This document shows positions 27,217 to 40,169 of a stretch of 64,000 nt of DNA, one piece after another. The notes beneath the pieces were generated by a model. That model did not search any database. It worked only from the letters and a program-made list of their open reading frames with translations, and was not told the DNA's origin. The translations under genes and the position numbers were made by a program. Positions within the stretch are counted from its first letter, which is position 1. Each line of letters begins with the position of its first letter. Source of the DNA: Octopus sinensis (lineage: Eukaryota); assembly GCF_006345805.1 (NCBI RefSeq), contig NC_043016.1, forward strand, positions 19,840,001-19,904,000, in the 5' to 3' direction.

Positions 27217-28176
27217 ACCTTTTCTCTCTCTCTCTTTTTTTTTTTCTTTCAAACACTGTCTACAAGCTGCTGTGCAGTTTCCATCTACCAATTTATCACT
27301 CATGAGGCATTGGTGGGTCTTGTGAGAGAACAGGTATAATGGAGGACACTTGCTGAAAATGCCTTACCATAAGACAAGACCCAAGCTGATTGGTTGTCAA
27401 GTAAACTTCTTATCCATACAGCATTACTTGTATCTATATTTCAGTTTAATTTATTGTTCCAGATTTCATTAATTACATCTAAGACTTGTGTACATATTTG
27501 AATTATAAGAATAAACAAGTCCTCCACAAATTTCCTCTTGATATGACCTGATTAAATGACAGATTGACAAACAAGACATGTTAAATGTGTAAATGTGTGT
27601 GTGGGAGGGAGGGAGTTAGTTAATATTGTAGCATCACCAAGCTACTACATTCCTTTGAGAATTGTTTGCTCTTGGTACCATGATATGGTATGTACATTCT
27701 GTTGAAAATTGTTTGCTGCTAGTCCAGCAAACAACAAGCTTCTACATTCCTTTGAAAATTGCTTGCTGTTAGTGCCATGTTCTAGATCAACCTGGCAGAT
27801 TCCTTATATCTAATTGTGTGATGGAACTCGTGATTGTTCACCAGAAATGAACTGACCAAATAATGAGCATTCTGTGCATAAACTAATTATGTCATTATAA
27901 TAGAAAGAATAAATTTGCTATTAATACTTCTCTGTTGGCTAACTTCACATGCCTCCATATTACAATGGAATCACTCAAGAATTATGCATTTGTAAGCAAG
28001 ACACTATTTTTGTGTTGAGTACAATAGCTTTACAACCACAGACACTGCAGCTTCAGCAGCTGTTACAAATTACACATCCTTCAACAAGTTACACAAAACT
28101 TTGGCCAAATGTAAGCGGTCTAGCCAATTGTTCAGCCACAGCAGATATTGCTAGTTACACATTCTTCAAAATTTAA

Positions 28177-28398
28177 CCCTTTTGATACCAACCCGGCTGA
28201 AACCGCCTCTGGCTCTGTAGTACAAATGTCTTATTTTCATAAGTTTTGAATTAAAATCTTCCACCAAACCTTAGTCACAATTGATGTTCCTAACACTAGC
28301 TTAATGATAACTAAGTTATTTTACTAAATTCTTTGTTGTATTTAAAATTAATTGAAGGAAACACAGATCATCTCAACAGAAATACAGTAACAGAAGGG
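28177..28398 (+). mobile_element. piggyBac-like MITE (TTAA TSD), family 1
   Basis: TTAA 28173-76 and 28399-402; CCC...GGG termini; reverse copy at 41068-41279; diverged relative near 39325-39500. Confidence 0.8.
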
Positions 28399-29551
28399 TT
28401 AAATGCATGGATCATCCAGCCCAAGCATTAATAAATGGCGATGATGGTGCTTCGGTTAGATTGAATAATTAATATCCATAGCAGCTTTTACAAGTTACAA
28501 ATCTTTCAATAGATTATCAATATTTCTGATACTAATCTATTGACTAACTTGACATTTAGTCATAAAATAATAGAGTGAATCACTTGATGATATAAACCAC
28601 GAATGAACACTTTGCTTCACAGTTTCCCTTCTTCAACAAAAGATTTCATCTTCTCATTGTATTCTCTGACACAAGAACTCATGGCATTTGTCTTAGAAAA
28701 CTTGAAGCATGCTAAATACAAGATATGTAACTTGTTAAGAGCTAGTGGCTATACATCTGTCTGAAAGACATTGAAAGGCAAGGAGCTTCAGACAAGGTAC
28801 TTTGCACTGGTATCTGGGTTTGTGTGTGTGTGTGTTCTGAGATCAAATCCCGCTTGAGGATTGGCTGGATAGCCGAGGATAATCACATGACCACTCAACA
28901 ACTGATTATGAAAGATACAATGTGTGAAGAGGATTGGCCTGAAAGAGTCATGTGCTGGTGCCACGTAGAAAGCACTCATGGCAGTGCCACGTAAAATGCT
29001 CATGCTAGTGCCACGTTAAAAACACCCGACACATGCTGTAAAGTGGTTGGTGTTAGGAAGGGCATCTGGCTATAGAAACCAAGCCAAATCGGACTAGAAC
29101 CTGGTGCAGCTTGCCAGCTCTGATCAAACCATCCAACCCATGCCAGCATGGAAAATGGACATTAAACAATGATGATATGTAGGTGCCATGAGCAAAGGAA
29201 GAGGTTTGATGGGTCAGTTTTGTGATGGCACTAATTATTCAAAATAGTCCACTTCATACTGGTTTATTTGTTGCTGATGCAGACCCACACTTTTTCGTCT
29301 AATCCCCATCTTAGCCCAACCATTATGAGTTTAACTTGTGTTCTTTTAGTGCTGTATATTGTTATGAAGGAGCCTCAAAGCCAACTGTTTTACAACATTT
29401 TCTGCGATTCACAACATGCTTAATAAAGTGCTGAAAGTACTACAGCACATTATCAGCTTTTATTTTAAATTTAATTATATTAAAAACACAGGTGTGGCTG
29501 TGGGGGTGCAGGCATGGCTGTGTGGTAAGAATCTTGCTTCTCAGCTAAATG

Positions 29552-30073
29552 GCTCTGGGTTCAGACCCACGGCATAGCACTTTGGGCATGTGTCTTCTAC
29601 TACAGCTTCAGGCCAACCAAAGCCTTGTGAGTAGATTTGGTAATATATATATATATATATATACATATATATAAAAATTAGAAAAAACCCACCTTTTATC
29701 AATTCAAAATGAACAATTAAATTACAACATCCAGAAAATTACATATAATAGAAATATTAACATTAAAATAATAATCAAATAAGTAAATTGCAAAATAATA
29801 ATAAAAACATTTTTATTATTATTTTGCAATTTACTTAATAATTGGTATATTATTGTTATTTTATTTTTAATATTTCTATTATATGTAATTTTCTGGATGG
29901 TGTAATTTAATTGTTCATTTTGAATTGATAAAAGGTGGGTTTTTTCTAATTTTTACATATATGTATATATATGTATGTATATTACCAAATCTGCTCACAA
30001 GGCTTTGGTTGGCCTGAAGCTGTAGTAGAAGACACATGCCCAAGGTGCTATGCAGTGGGTCTGAACCCAGAGC
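29552..30073. repeat. About 520-bp quasi-perfect palindrome (foldback inverted duplication)
   Basis: Arms 29552-29807 and 29810-30073, centre aaaaac/attttt; each arm includes the same partial SINE A head. Confidence 0.92.
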
Positions 30074-30411
30074 AATACCACTTCCATTGACAATATCATC
30101 ATCATCATCATCATTATCAAATCTGACATCACTGTTGTCATCATCTCTAATTTCTTCTCCGCTTTTGTCTATTAATTATCTTGTATTAATGTTTCTGTTA
30201 GATGCAAGAATGGCTATATGGTTTAAAAAGCTTTCCTCCTAACCACATTGATTTTGGGTTCAATCCCTTGGGCAAGTGACTTCTACTTCAGCCCCAGGCT
30301 GGCAAAGGCTTGTGAGTGGATTTGATAGATAGAAACTGGTAGAAGAGTTATCATATGTGTGTGCCTGATTTGTTTTTTGTTTTGTTTTGTTTTAATGGTA
30401 TGTGATAGTTT

Positions 30412-30648
30412 TAAGGTGGCAAGCTGGCGGAAATGTTAGCACGCCGGGCAAAATACTTTGCAGTATTTCATCTGCCATTACGTTCTGAGTTCAAATTCTG
30501 CCGAGGTCAACTTTGCCTTTCATCCTTTCGGGGTCGACAAATTAAGTACCAGTTACGCACTGGGGTCGATGTAATCGACTTAATCCGTTTGTCTGTCCTT
30601 GTTTGTCCCCTCTATGTTTAGCCCCTTGTGGGTAGTAAAGAAATAGGT
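30412..30648 (+). mobile_element. SINE family B (about 230 bp)
   Basis: ggtggcaagctggcggaaatgttagc...gagttcaaattc...gcctttcatcctttcggggtcga...aagtaccag. Degenerate relatives near 444-660, 6095-6975 (cluster), 17600-18080, 62180-62330. Confidence 0.85.
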
Positions 30649-31031
30649 ATGTGATAGTTGTAAACAAGTGCCACTGTCCTAGAAGTGGTATTATTTTCCA
30701 GTCTGCCATGGATGTATGTCTGGCCATGGAGAAGATATTAACCTTACTTGAGAAACTTGAAAGGCACTCAGCCATAGAAAAATTTGCCTCAGTAAACTCA
30801 ATCCAACCCATGCAATCAAACGAACATTGAAATGATGATGTACTGATATCTTAATCACCACAACATCCTCACATTCAACACAAACCTCTCACGTTCTCTG
30901 GCCGTATTGGAAGTGATATAATCAGCTGTTGTTATCTCTTAAAATAGTAAATATGTGTGACCTTGTTCCACTATCAGATATTGTTGCTCTTGTTGTTTAA
31001 CTCTTATTTCTTCTTTTTTTTACTCTTGCAG

Positions 31032-31131
31032 AAATTCTCAGAGCGGATCTCAGTTCCAGGTTATTTCAGACAGCTACAAAGAGTCTGAGAAATGTCAGGA
31101 AACTGATGAGGATGCATTACTGCAGAAAAAG
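31032..31131 (+). CDS. Shroom: Shroom exon (100 nt)
   Basis: Acceptor tttactcttgcAG, donor AAG|GTactt. Phase 2 to 0 fits both neighbours; encodes (A)NSQSGSQFQVISDSYKESEKCQETDEDALLQKK, the KK preceding the ASD2 core. Confidence 0.85.
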
Positions 31132-34100
31132 GTACTTTAATATAATAATACATACATTCACTATAACTCCGAACCGTGGTTACTCTTATTAATTCCTTCC
31201 AACTCCTGAAGTGTGAAAGTATATGGCTTAGTGGCTGGGAGTGTTGATTGCAAGATCATACTTTCAATTGCCAGATCAGTGATGTGTTGTGTTCTTGAGC
31301 GAAACACTTCATTTCATCTTTCTCCAATTCACTCAGCCATAATTGAGTAATTCTGCGCTGGGCCGGTGTCTCATTCAGGGTAATGTTGTGATTTCAGTCA
31401 CGTACGTTCCATAGAAATGGATAACCACCCGTATGACTCAAGATATTAATACCCAACCCCCTTAAACCCAAATTTATTTAAATGCTAATCTTTTACTACA
31501 GAAAAAAAAAAAGGGTACTTTAATACATTCACTACAGCTCTGAACTCTGAGTATTTTCATTTGTTCTTTCCAATTCTCCAAACCAAAGTCTATTTTAAAT
31601 AATAGCTAAACAATAAAATGAGATGCTTGCTATTCTCTCTCTCACACACACACACATATCCGTTACCTTTTAAGTCTTCTGGCAGGGGCCAGTGGGGAAG
31701 GGGTCCTGTCATTTGTCTTCTTTCTTGGTTTCTTGTCTTTTTCATTTTACATTCTTTTTTTCTCTCTCTCTTCTTATTCCTCTTGTGCTCCCCCTCCCCC
31801 CCGATACAAAGATAGAATTCAATTTGTTTGGGATTTAAAAGAAATTAATTTACTCTTCCTTGTTTATATAACATCATTTTTTTAAATTCTGTTGATCTAT
31901 ATTTTTATTCTTTGCTATTACTATGTTAGTTACAAGTAGTTTTCTTAACTACCTAGCTGTCACTGCTCACATTACTTTCAGCCAGAAGATTCAATCTTTC
32001 TTGTCTCCTGTGTTTAATATTAATGGAATTTGCCAAATTAAGCTATCTACAACCAGATACAAAAACCCACTCATGAAATTACAGAGGGTAGTCGTTTGGG
32101 TTGCTTCTGATTATTATCATGTTTCTTTTATAAAACATTATTATTATTGAGTGGGAGAGCAACACATGCCATCAAAGTGACACTGGAGTACAAATATACA
32201 AAGCCCATTATACCCATCATGACTACCCATTTGATAAGGGTAAACCAGACACATGCATCACAATCATGTGTGTGCAACATAGTGACCTCATATCAATATA
32301 AACAGCACATGACCTTGCAGGTGGGGTCCTGTGAGAATTTTTTCTTCAGGCCAAGTAACCTGTCCTGTTCAAAAGGTCCCTGAATAAGGTTTGTTTAAGG
32401 ATGAGGAATGAAACACCCACGTTTCCAGAGAGAATAATTCGAACCCCAAAGAATTCCTCTCAACACATGGCTAGGATACTCCCCAACTACTTCTGCTCAA
32501 CTGGTTATGGTCAAACAACTGACAAGCAAATCTGTGGTATTGAGCAGAACATTTGCTGTAGCCCATCTTTTATACCAAGACAAAACAAGGTACATGATAA
32601 CACTTCCAATCAGTTAAGATCAGAAGCCATGAGAGTTACTGCCTGGTACTTCATCATCATCATCATTATTATTATTATTCAAAATGTCATTTTAGTAAAT
32701 GAGCTTTTATTGGGTAAATCTCTGAAAATTTCTTAAATTTTTTTTTTTTTGTGTATTGGTAGGGTCATTATGCCAAAAATAATAAACACACACACTGGTT
32801 CAAAATCACTTTTCTATCGTTAGTCAATCAGTTAAATATCTAACTAACTAACTAATTGGTCGTTTGTTTACTGTGTTGGTTAAACAATCAACTGGTTGTG
32901 TGTTTGTCAAGGTACTTCTGTCGCTGTTCATGGCACCCATCAATGACATATCCTCTCTCTCTTCAAGGACTACCTTGAGTCTATCTGAGAATTAGTCTTA
33001 TGCGCATGTGTATGTTAGATGTATGATTGCTTACAAGAGAAGGAAAGGGTGAAAGTAAACAAAAAATATGTACATGTACACGTGTATATGTGTGTGTTGC
33101 TTTGAATGTACACTAGTGTGTATGCCTGTATGTACTTGGAGTAAAAAAATATTTGTATTTAAAATCTATTTTCTATAGACATGCTGATAGAGTACAGATA
33201 ACTGTTTGCGGTCATTATACTTCTGCCTGTGTCATGTGGTCTCTGCTAAACTCCTAGAAGTCTGCCTGATGTATGCTGCATTCGGGTTCTTATGATCATC
33301 CTCCATGAATTTTATGCTGTAAGACACATTCTTGGTCTTACAGTTAATACTAGGGTTAAAAGTTATATACAATGCAGCTTTTATCAGTACGTGGTCTTTT
33401 TGAAGGGGTTTACTCTCAAGTTGATAGATCTACTAAAGAATACAGTTACTACCATTTCAAATGGCTTCTTATAAAATGATGAATTTAATTATATAGAATA
33501 GTTTAGTTATGAGGATTCTTAATTAAGGCTGATCAACATTTAAATGTCATTTGTGTTTACTTTTTTGTAAACAGAAAGATGCATATATGATGATGTATAT
33601 GGCAAGCTGCGTGTGTGTGTGTATGTATATGCATATATGTGTATATATATATAAATATATATATATATAAAGAAGGTAAGAGAAAGGCCGTACTGTAAGA
33701 AACTTGCTTCCCAACCACATGGTTCCAGGCTGTGTTCCACTGTGTGATACCTTGGGCAAGAGTCTTCTACAATAGTCCCAGGCCAGCCAAAACCTTGTGA
33801 GTGGATTTGGTAGACAGAAACTGCATGAAGCTTGTGCGTGTGTTTGTGTGTCTCCCACTACTGCTTGACAACCAGTGTTGGTTTATTTACATCCCCATAG
33901 CAGTGATTTGGCAACAAGATAGCGATGAAGTAAGTACCAGGCTTTAAAAAATAAATAAACGAGTGTTGGAGGTTGACTTGTTTGATTAAAACCCTTCAAG
34001 GCAGTGCCCCAGCATGGCAGCAGTCCAATGACTAAAAATAAATAAAAGATAAAAGATTCCTAATACAATATGATGAGTAATTTTGATGAATAATTCTGCT

Positions 34101-34436
34101 GACTTTTCTTGCAAGAAGCAAAGATAAATATTTATTTGACTGATATAAAATAATAATGAAAAGATAAGAAATTCTAATTTAGGTGGAGATTTTTTATTTT
34201 GGGAGTTTTCTTTTTGGTTTTGCTCTTTTTCATCATGATAAAAGGTCCTTTGTCGGTTTCAACGATGAGCATTTAGTTGTGCTCTCAACTGAACATAGAA
34301 CATAGCATTCAATATATAAAGAGCTGATGATGGGGGGGGAAAAAATGCTTGAAAGCACGGATTGGTTGACATGCAAGAAACAAAGCAATGTATTTGGCTA
34401 ACCATATAGAAAATGTTCTAAAACTTTGGCACTTTG

Positions 34437-35013
34437 TAAGTGGCTGTGTGGTAAGTAGCTTGCTTACCAACCACATGGTTCCAGGTTCAGTCCCACTGCG
34501 TGGCACCTTGGGCAAGTGTCTTCTACTATAGCCTCGGGCTGACCAAAGCCTTGTGAGTGGAATTGGTAGATGGAAACTGAAAGAAGTTCTTCGTGTGTGT
34601 ATATATATATATAGGCGCAGGAGTGGCTGTGTGGTAAGTAGCTTGCTTACCAACCACATGGTTCCAGGTTCAGTCCCACTGCGTGGCACCTTGGGAGTGT
34701 CTTCTACTATAGCCTCGGGCTGACCAAAGCCTTGTGAGTGGATTTGGTAGGCAGAAACTCAAAGAAGCCCGTCGCATATATGTATATGTGTGTGTGTGTA
34801 TATGTTTGTGTGTCTGTATTTGTCCCCTCAACATCGCTTACAACTGATGCTGGTGTGTTTACATCCCTGTAACTTAGCGGTTCAGCAAGAGAGACCAATA
34901 GAATAAGTACTAGGCTTACAAAGAATAAGTCCTGGGGTCGATTTGCTCGACTAAAGGCAGTGCTCCAGCATGGCTGCAGTCAAATGACTGAAACAAATAA
35001 GAGTAAAAGAGAG
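34437..35013 (+). mobile_element. SINE family A with duplicated head (partial plus full copy)
   Basis: Head at about 34437-34612 repeated at 34613 onward. Further degenerate family A heads near 8490-8660(-), 9080-9230(-), 29487-29645(+), 33680-34035(+), 35700-36045(-), 51300-51430(+), 59085-59240(-). Confidence 0.8.
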
Positions 35014-36049
35014 TAATGGTTTGTACAAAGTGATGTAGTGTAATATACATGAAAATACTTGTGTGTGTGTATGTATGACTTTAGGCAAAGGCATGGTCAT
35101 GCTGTGAAGCCATTTGCTTCCCAACCATGTTATTTCAAGTTTGGTACCATGCATGGCATCTTGGGTAATTGCCTTCTACTATAGCCTCAGGCCAACCAAA
35201 GCCTTGAGAGTGGATTTGGTAGACAGAAAGTGTGTGTGTATTTGTGTATTAGTTTACATTTCACTCACATCTGTGAGATTTGTGACACGAGGTGCTGGTG
35301 GTGGTGGTGGTGTCAGTTTCTCTTCAACAAATCATCCATTTGCTTCACACCTTCAAAACTCGAATGGAATAAGACATTGCTTATTGGAGAAACAGATAGG
35401 TGTTAGTGACAAGAAGAGCATCAAACTGAAATAGTCATCTAACCTGTGCAAGTATGGAAAAACAGACGTAAAAATAAAAACAATAATATGCATGCAGATA
35501 GGAGAAAATATGAAGTTTGTGAAATTCATAGAGCAAGGGAAACAACTCACAATTATTAAACTGAGCTAATCTTTGAAAAATAGATACCATACAAATGTAT
35601 GTGTAGTAGTTTTTGTTCAAATCTGTGTTGCAGATATTTCTTTCAAAAAAATTACATTTTTCTTAAACCTTGTACCTGCTTCAGTCATTAGCTTGAGACC
35701 TTGAAGAATTTTAGTTGAAGAAAAATCTATGCCAGTACTTTTTTTTTTTTTTTTTTGAGCCTGGTACTTATTCTATCATCCTCTTTTGATGAACTGCTAA
35801 GTTATGAAGATTGGAACATAAACACACCAACACCAGCTGTCAAGTGATGGTAGGGGACAAACAGACATAAGCGCATACACATATATATATATATATATGT
35901 ATAATGGGCTTATTTCGGTTTTGTTGTTTACCAAATCCACTCACAAGGCTTTGGTAGGCACCTACCTAAAGTTCCACTCAATGGAACTAAACCCAGAACT
36001 ATGTGGTTGGAAAGCAAACTTCTTACCACATAACCATGCCTAAAATACT

Positions 36050-36570
36050 TCAGAACATCCCGCTGTGCTTGAGGAGACCTGTTGAGTCAATAAACATCAA
36101 TGGAAATAGTAGTTGTGATACCTGTGCCGGTGGGACATAAAAAGCACCATCCGAACGTGGTCGTTGCCTCGACTGGCTTCTGTGCTGGTGGCACATAAAA
36201 AGCACCATCCGAACGTAGCCAATGCCAGCGCTGCCTCGACTGGCTTCGGTGCCAGTGGCACATAAAAAGCACCATCCGAACGTGGCCGATGCCAGCGCCG
36301 CCTTGGCTGGCTTCCGTGCCGGTGGCACGTTAAAAGCACCCACCAATTGTGGCCAATGCCAGACTCCCCTGGCACCTGTGCTGGTGGCACGTAAAAAGCA
36401 CCCACTACACTCGTGGAGTGGTTGGCATTAGGAAGGGCATCCAGCTGTAGAAACACAGCCAGATCAGACTGGAGCCTGGTGCAGCCCCTGGCTTCCCAGA
36501 CCCCGGTCCAACCGTCCAACCCATGCTAGCGCGGAAAACGGACATTAAACGATAATGATGATGATGATGA
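36050..36570 (+). mobile_element. RTE 3'-UTR-derived short element with internal about 60-bp tandem repeats
   Basis: Matches the 3' UTR of the LINE at 53215-53640; (GAT)n tail. Shorter copies near 15945-16140(-), 17082-17240(+), 28935-29175(+), 38718-38930(-). Confidence 0.8.
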
Positions 36571-37289
36571 AATGTGTCTATTTATTGTGCATGCTAGTGG
36601 ATTTCTTGAGCTTTTGCAATCAACTGTTGTTGTTTTCACCACCAATTTCACAAGTTACCAAGGATGGAGTAACTTATTTAAGCCCTTCACTCTCAATGGT
36701 ACATTAGTCATCAGTGACTTTCCCCACTATTCTCAACTCTGAGCTCTCCTTTCCTCTCCCATGTTTTGTTGGGTTTTAATTCTCATCAATGCTTCTGTAA
36801 CTTTATTTTGTTCAAGATAGAGGTGTTCGCCCTATGCAAACCCACCTTTACCTCTGGAAGTGGTAGTTCATATTGGTCAGGCCTCTGTCCTTTGACCTGC
36901 CCAACATGAGAGAAGCTTGTGCTCAGCTGGCATAGCTCAGGGTCATTGGGGCTTACAACCCACCACATCATAATGAGCACTGAACTTTGCAGTGAGAGAA
37001 TGGATTAAGTATCTCTCCAAAAAGTTTGCCACTGCTTTTAGATGAGTGATCAATTATAATAGCACCCGCATTATTATCAGAATTGTAAGGACCAATAATT
37101 ACTACAGTACCAATATACTCAGAATTATAGATAAATAAATAAATGGATTAAGTCATATTTATATGCATTCAATCTTGCTGTTAAATTAGACACCCAATTA
37201 TATATAGAGAGAGAGTTATAGTCTGGTAGACAAAATGCAGTTCAGCTTTGTTTGGGGAAGAATCACTATTGATGCTATTTTCATTTTCA

Positions 37290-37885
37290 GGCAACTGCAA
37301 GAGAAGTACTTAGCTAAGAATAAACCATTATACCTGGCATTCGTTGATCTAGAGAAAACCTTCAATAGAATGCCTCTCTGTGTAAATATGGTTGACTCTT
37401 AGGAAGCTAGGGATAGATGAGAGGCTGGTGAAAGCTGTACAGGCCATGTACAAAGACACTGTCAGTAAGGTGAGAGTTAATCATGAGTATAGCAAAGAAT
37501 TTGGTGTACAGGTAATGGTTCATCAAGACTTAGTCCTTACTCCCCTCCTTTTCATTATTGTCCTCCAGGCCATAACAGAAGAATTCAAGGCCACAGCCCC
37601 TGAGAACTACTATATTCTGATGATTTTGCCCTATAGCAGATTCTATATCAGAGTTAGAAGAGAAATTCCAGGTAGAGTAGCAAAACCTGGAATTTAAGCA
37701 CCTCAAGGTTAACTTAACAAAGACTAAGCTCCTAGTAAGCAAGAAAACTGATAGGACCCTGCCCTCCTCAAGTAGGTAGCTCTGTTCAGTTTGTAGGAAA
37801 GGTGTAGGCAGGAACTCCATACAGTGTACCAAGTGTAAACTATAGACACACAAGAGGTGCAGTGGTTCAATAGGAAGGTTAAGGT
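37290..37885 (+). mobile_element. RTE LINE reverse-transcriptase fragment (pseudogenised)
   Basis: RQLQEKYLAKNKPLYLAFVDLEK...LRKLGIDERLVKAVQAMY...LLFIIVLQAITEEFK; same family as 53215-55547. Confidence 0.85.
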
Positions 37886-38179
37886 AGGGGTACTTCTTGT
37901 GGTACCAGTTACAAATCTGCGAATTCTTAATTCAAACCCTGCCTCCTAGCATCAGAAAAAGAAAGAGAAACCATTGACGCATCTGTCAATAATAAGAAAT
38001 TTTACAAACAATTGAAATACCAATGGAAATATAATTTTCCTTGGTTCGAAAGATCAACTACAGTGCAACAGTGATTAGTAAATAATGAATTATTGATAAA
38101 GTATATAAGGCAAAAGGTTAGCAGAAAAGTTTGCACATGGTGTTTCTTTCAGCTTTTTATTTAAAAACTCTTATTTATT

Positions 38180-38375
38180 ATTTCGTTTTTGGATTTGGTT
38201 TGCAAGATTCTTTATATGAGTTCGTGTGTTGAAGCATATTCTGTCGTGTCCTGGGGAGAGTCATTTTCTTTTTGTGCCTTATAATGTAACACACTCACCG
38301 GTAAAATTTCCACTTTTTCTTATTTTTATTTTCCTAAAATTTTCGTTGCGTCTTGCAACCTTTTCAATAGTCTTA
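38180..38375 (-). mobile_element. Repeat of possible Penelope-like type
   Basis: Partial copy at about 13119-13170; ends in a decayed hammerhead-like motif. Family assignment is inference. Confidence 0.35.
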
Positions 38376-38462
38376 TTTATTACAAGTCTTGGAAACTTAG
38401 ATTTTATTTAACTTAAAACTCTTTCCAAATAATGACTGACTTGAACCTTTTCATTAAAGAGC

Positions 38463-38631
38463 TGAAATTTAAACCAGTTTTTTATCTTTTTTTTTTTTTT
38501 TTATCTTTCTATTTTCCTTTCATTCATCATGCAGATCATAAAAATCATTGGTGAAAGAACAACATAGCTTATTCCACTTTAACAGTAATGTGGAAGAAAA
38601 TACTCAGAATACAGATCTGTTGCTTAATTAT

Positions 38632-38640
<9 letters not shown>
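38463..38640 (+). repeat. Dispersed direct repeat shared with 46174-46335
   Basis: About 170 bp similar; the last about 85 bp nearly identical, both ending in (TA)n. Confidence 0.85.
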
Positions 38641-38718
<78 letters not shown>

Positions 38719-39918
38719 CATCATCATCATTTAACATTTGCTTTCCATGCTGGCATGGGTTGGATGGTTTGACTGAAGACTGGTAAGCCAGTAGGCTGCA
38801 CCAGGCTCCAATCTGATCTAACGAGGTTTCTACAACTGGATGCCCTTCCTAACGCTAACCACTCCGAGATTGTAGTGGGTGCTTTTTACGCGCCACCAGT
38901 ACAAGGGCCACTCAGGTGGCACTGGCATTAACCTATATATTATATTGTTTAATTAAACAAGTTGTCTAAAATATAACCATTCTCTTTATACTAATAAAAT
39001 TCAACTTTTGATAAATTATATATACCATGTTCTGAGTTCATATCTGGGCTAGGTTAATGGTCAAAACTGTGGGTTTTATGTTTAAATCAGAAACAATTAT
39101 TTTCTTGTGACCCATTTTATATTCTGCTTTTTTTAATCTAAACAAAGTCAACTTCTCTCTACTATCCTAAAGGCTGAGATATCAATAAAATAAGCACATT
39201 TGTAGTACTGGAGTCTCTTTAGATGGTCCCGGTCCTCACCCAGCTAAATCTGAGGGCTATGTGACTATGTAAGGAACCAGTAATGTAAGGTATTACATGA
39301 CCAAGATAAATATTGCTTTCTGAACATTAATCTTTTTGATACCAACCAATTTAAGATCAGCACCACTTCAGTTCTATAACACAAACTTTGTTTTAAAGTG
39401 AAGTAAATTAAAAGTTTCTATCAAAATTCCGTCTTAACCTATGTTCCAAACAGCAACTTAACAATGGCAAAGTTATTTTCAAACTTAATTGGAACAAAGA
39501 CAACATATTTAAGTAAAAATATATGGTTACTAGCACTATGACCCGGCAAGTGCATGCATATACAGCTGCGTGTGTGCACACATACATGCAAGTACTGTCC
39601 AAATCTCCAACCAATCACATACAGCTAGCTGGCATTCAATTGGCGAATCAAGTTTTGGGCATTTTGATTGGGTTTTGGATAGAAAATTCACAAAAAAGTC
39701 ACTTCTATTGACTTTTTAATGACTTTGCAGGGTGACTGGGGAAATGTAAAGATGTGCACGACCACCCTTGGACGGTTTTCAATGACCATAGAAAGTGCGA
39801 GCCCTCTAACTGAAAAGTTGTGGATTTATATAAAGGACACACACACACACACACAGATAGACATTTTGCTGTTTATATATATAGAGATGACTTTCAAAAA
39901 AAAAAATCTATGTTTCAG

Positions 39919-40020
39919 GAAGGATTAAGGGTCAGCATTATGAAGAAACTTGATGTTCTCCGTGAAGCAAAGCAAAGTGTGGAAAGAGAAATCCTGGAAA
40001 TCAACAGTTTGGGTGAAAAG
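39919..40020 (+). CDS. Shroom: Shroom exon, ASD2 domain
   Basis: Acceptor tgtttcAG, donor AAG|GTttgt; 102 nt; EGLRVSIMKKLDVLREAKQSVEREILEINSLGEK matches the ASD2 pattern ELIESISRKLSVLREAQ...NSALGEEV. Confidence 0.93.
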
Positions 40021-40169
40021 GTTTGTTTATTTTATTTTCAAACTTTTTTTTATGACTAAATTACCAAGGGAAATTTCTGAATGTGTTTGGAACCAACTAA
40101 TTTTGATGATATTCTTTCTGATTATATTAAGTGACTTCCTTTGTGTCTGTGTGTGTATGATAAACACCA

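Noticed and set aside
36119-36410. CRISPR-like repeat/spacer look of the about 60-bp units (also 48540-48810)
   Set aside because: The spacers are homologous to each other, the array is inside a LINE 3' UTR, there are no cas genes, and the context is eukaryotic.
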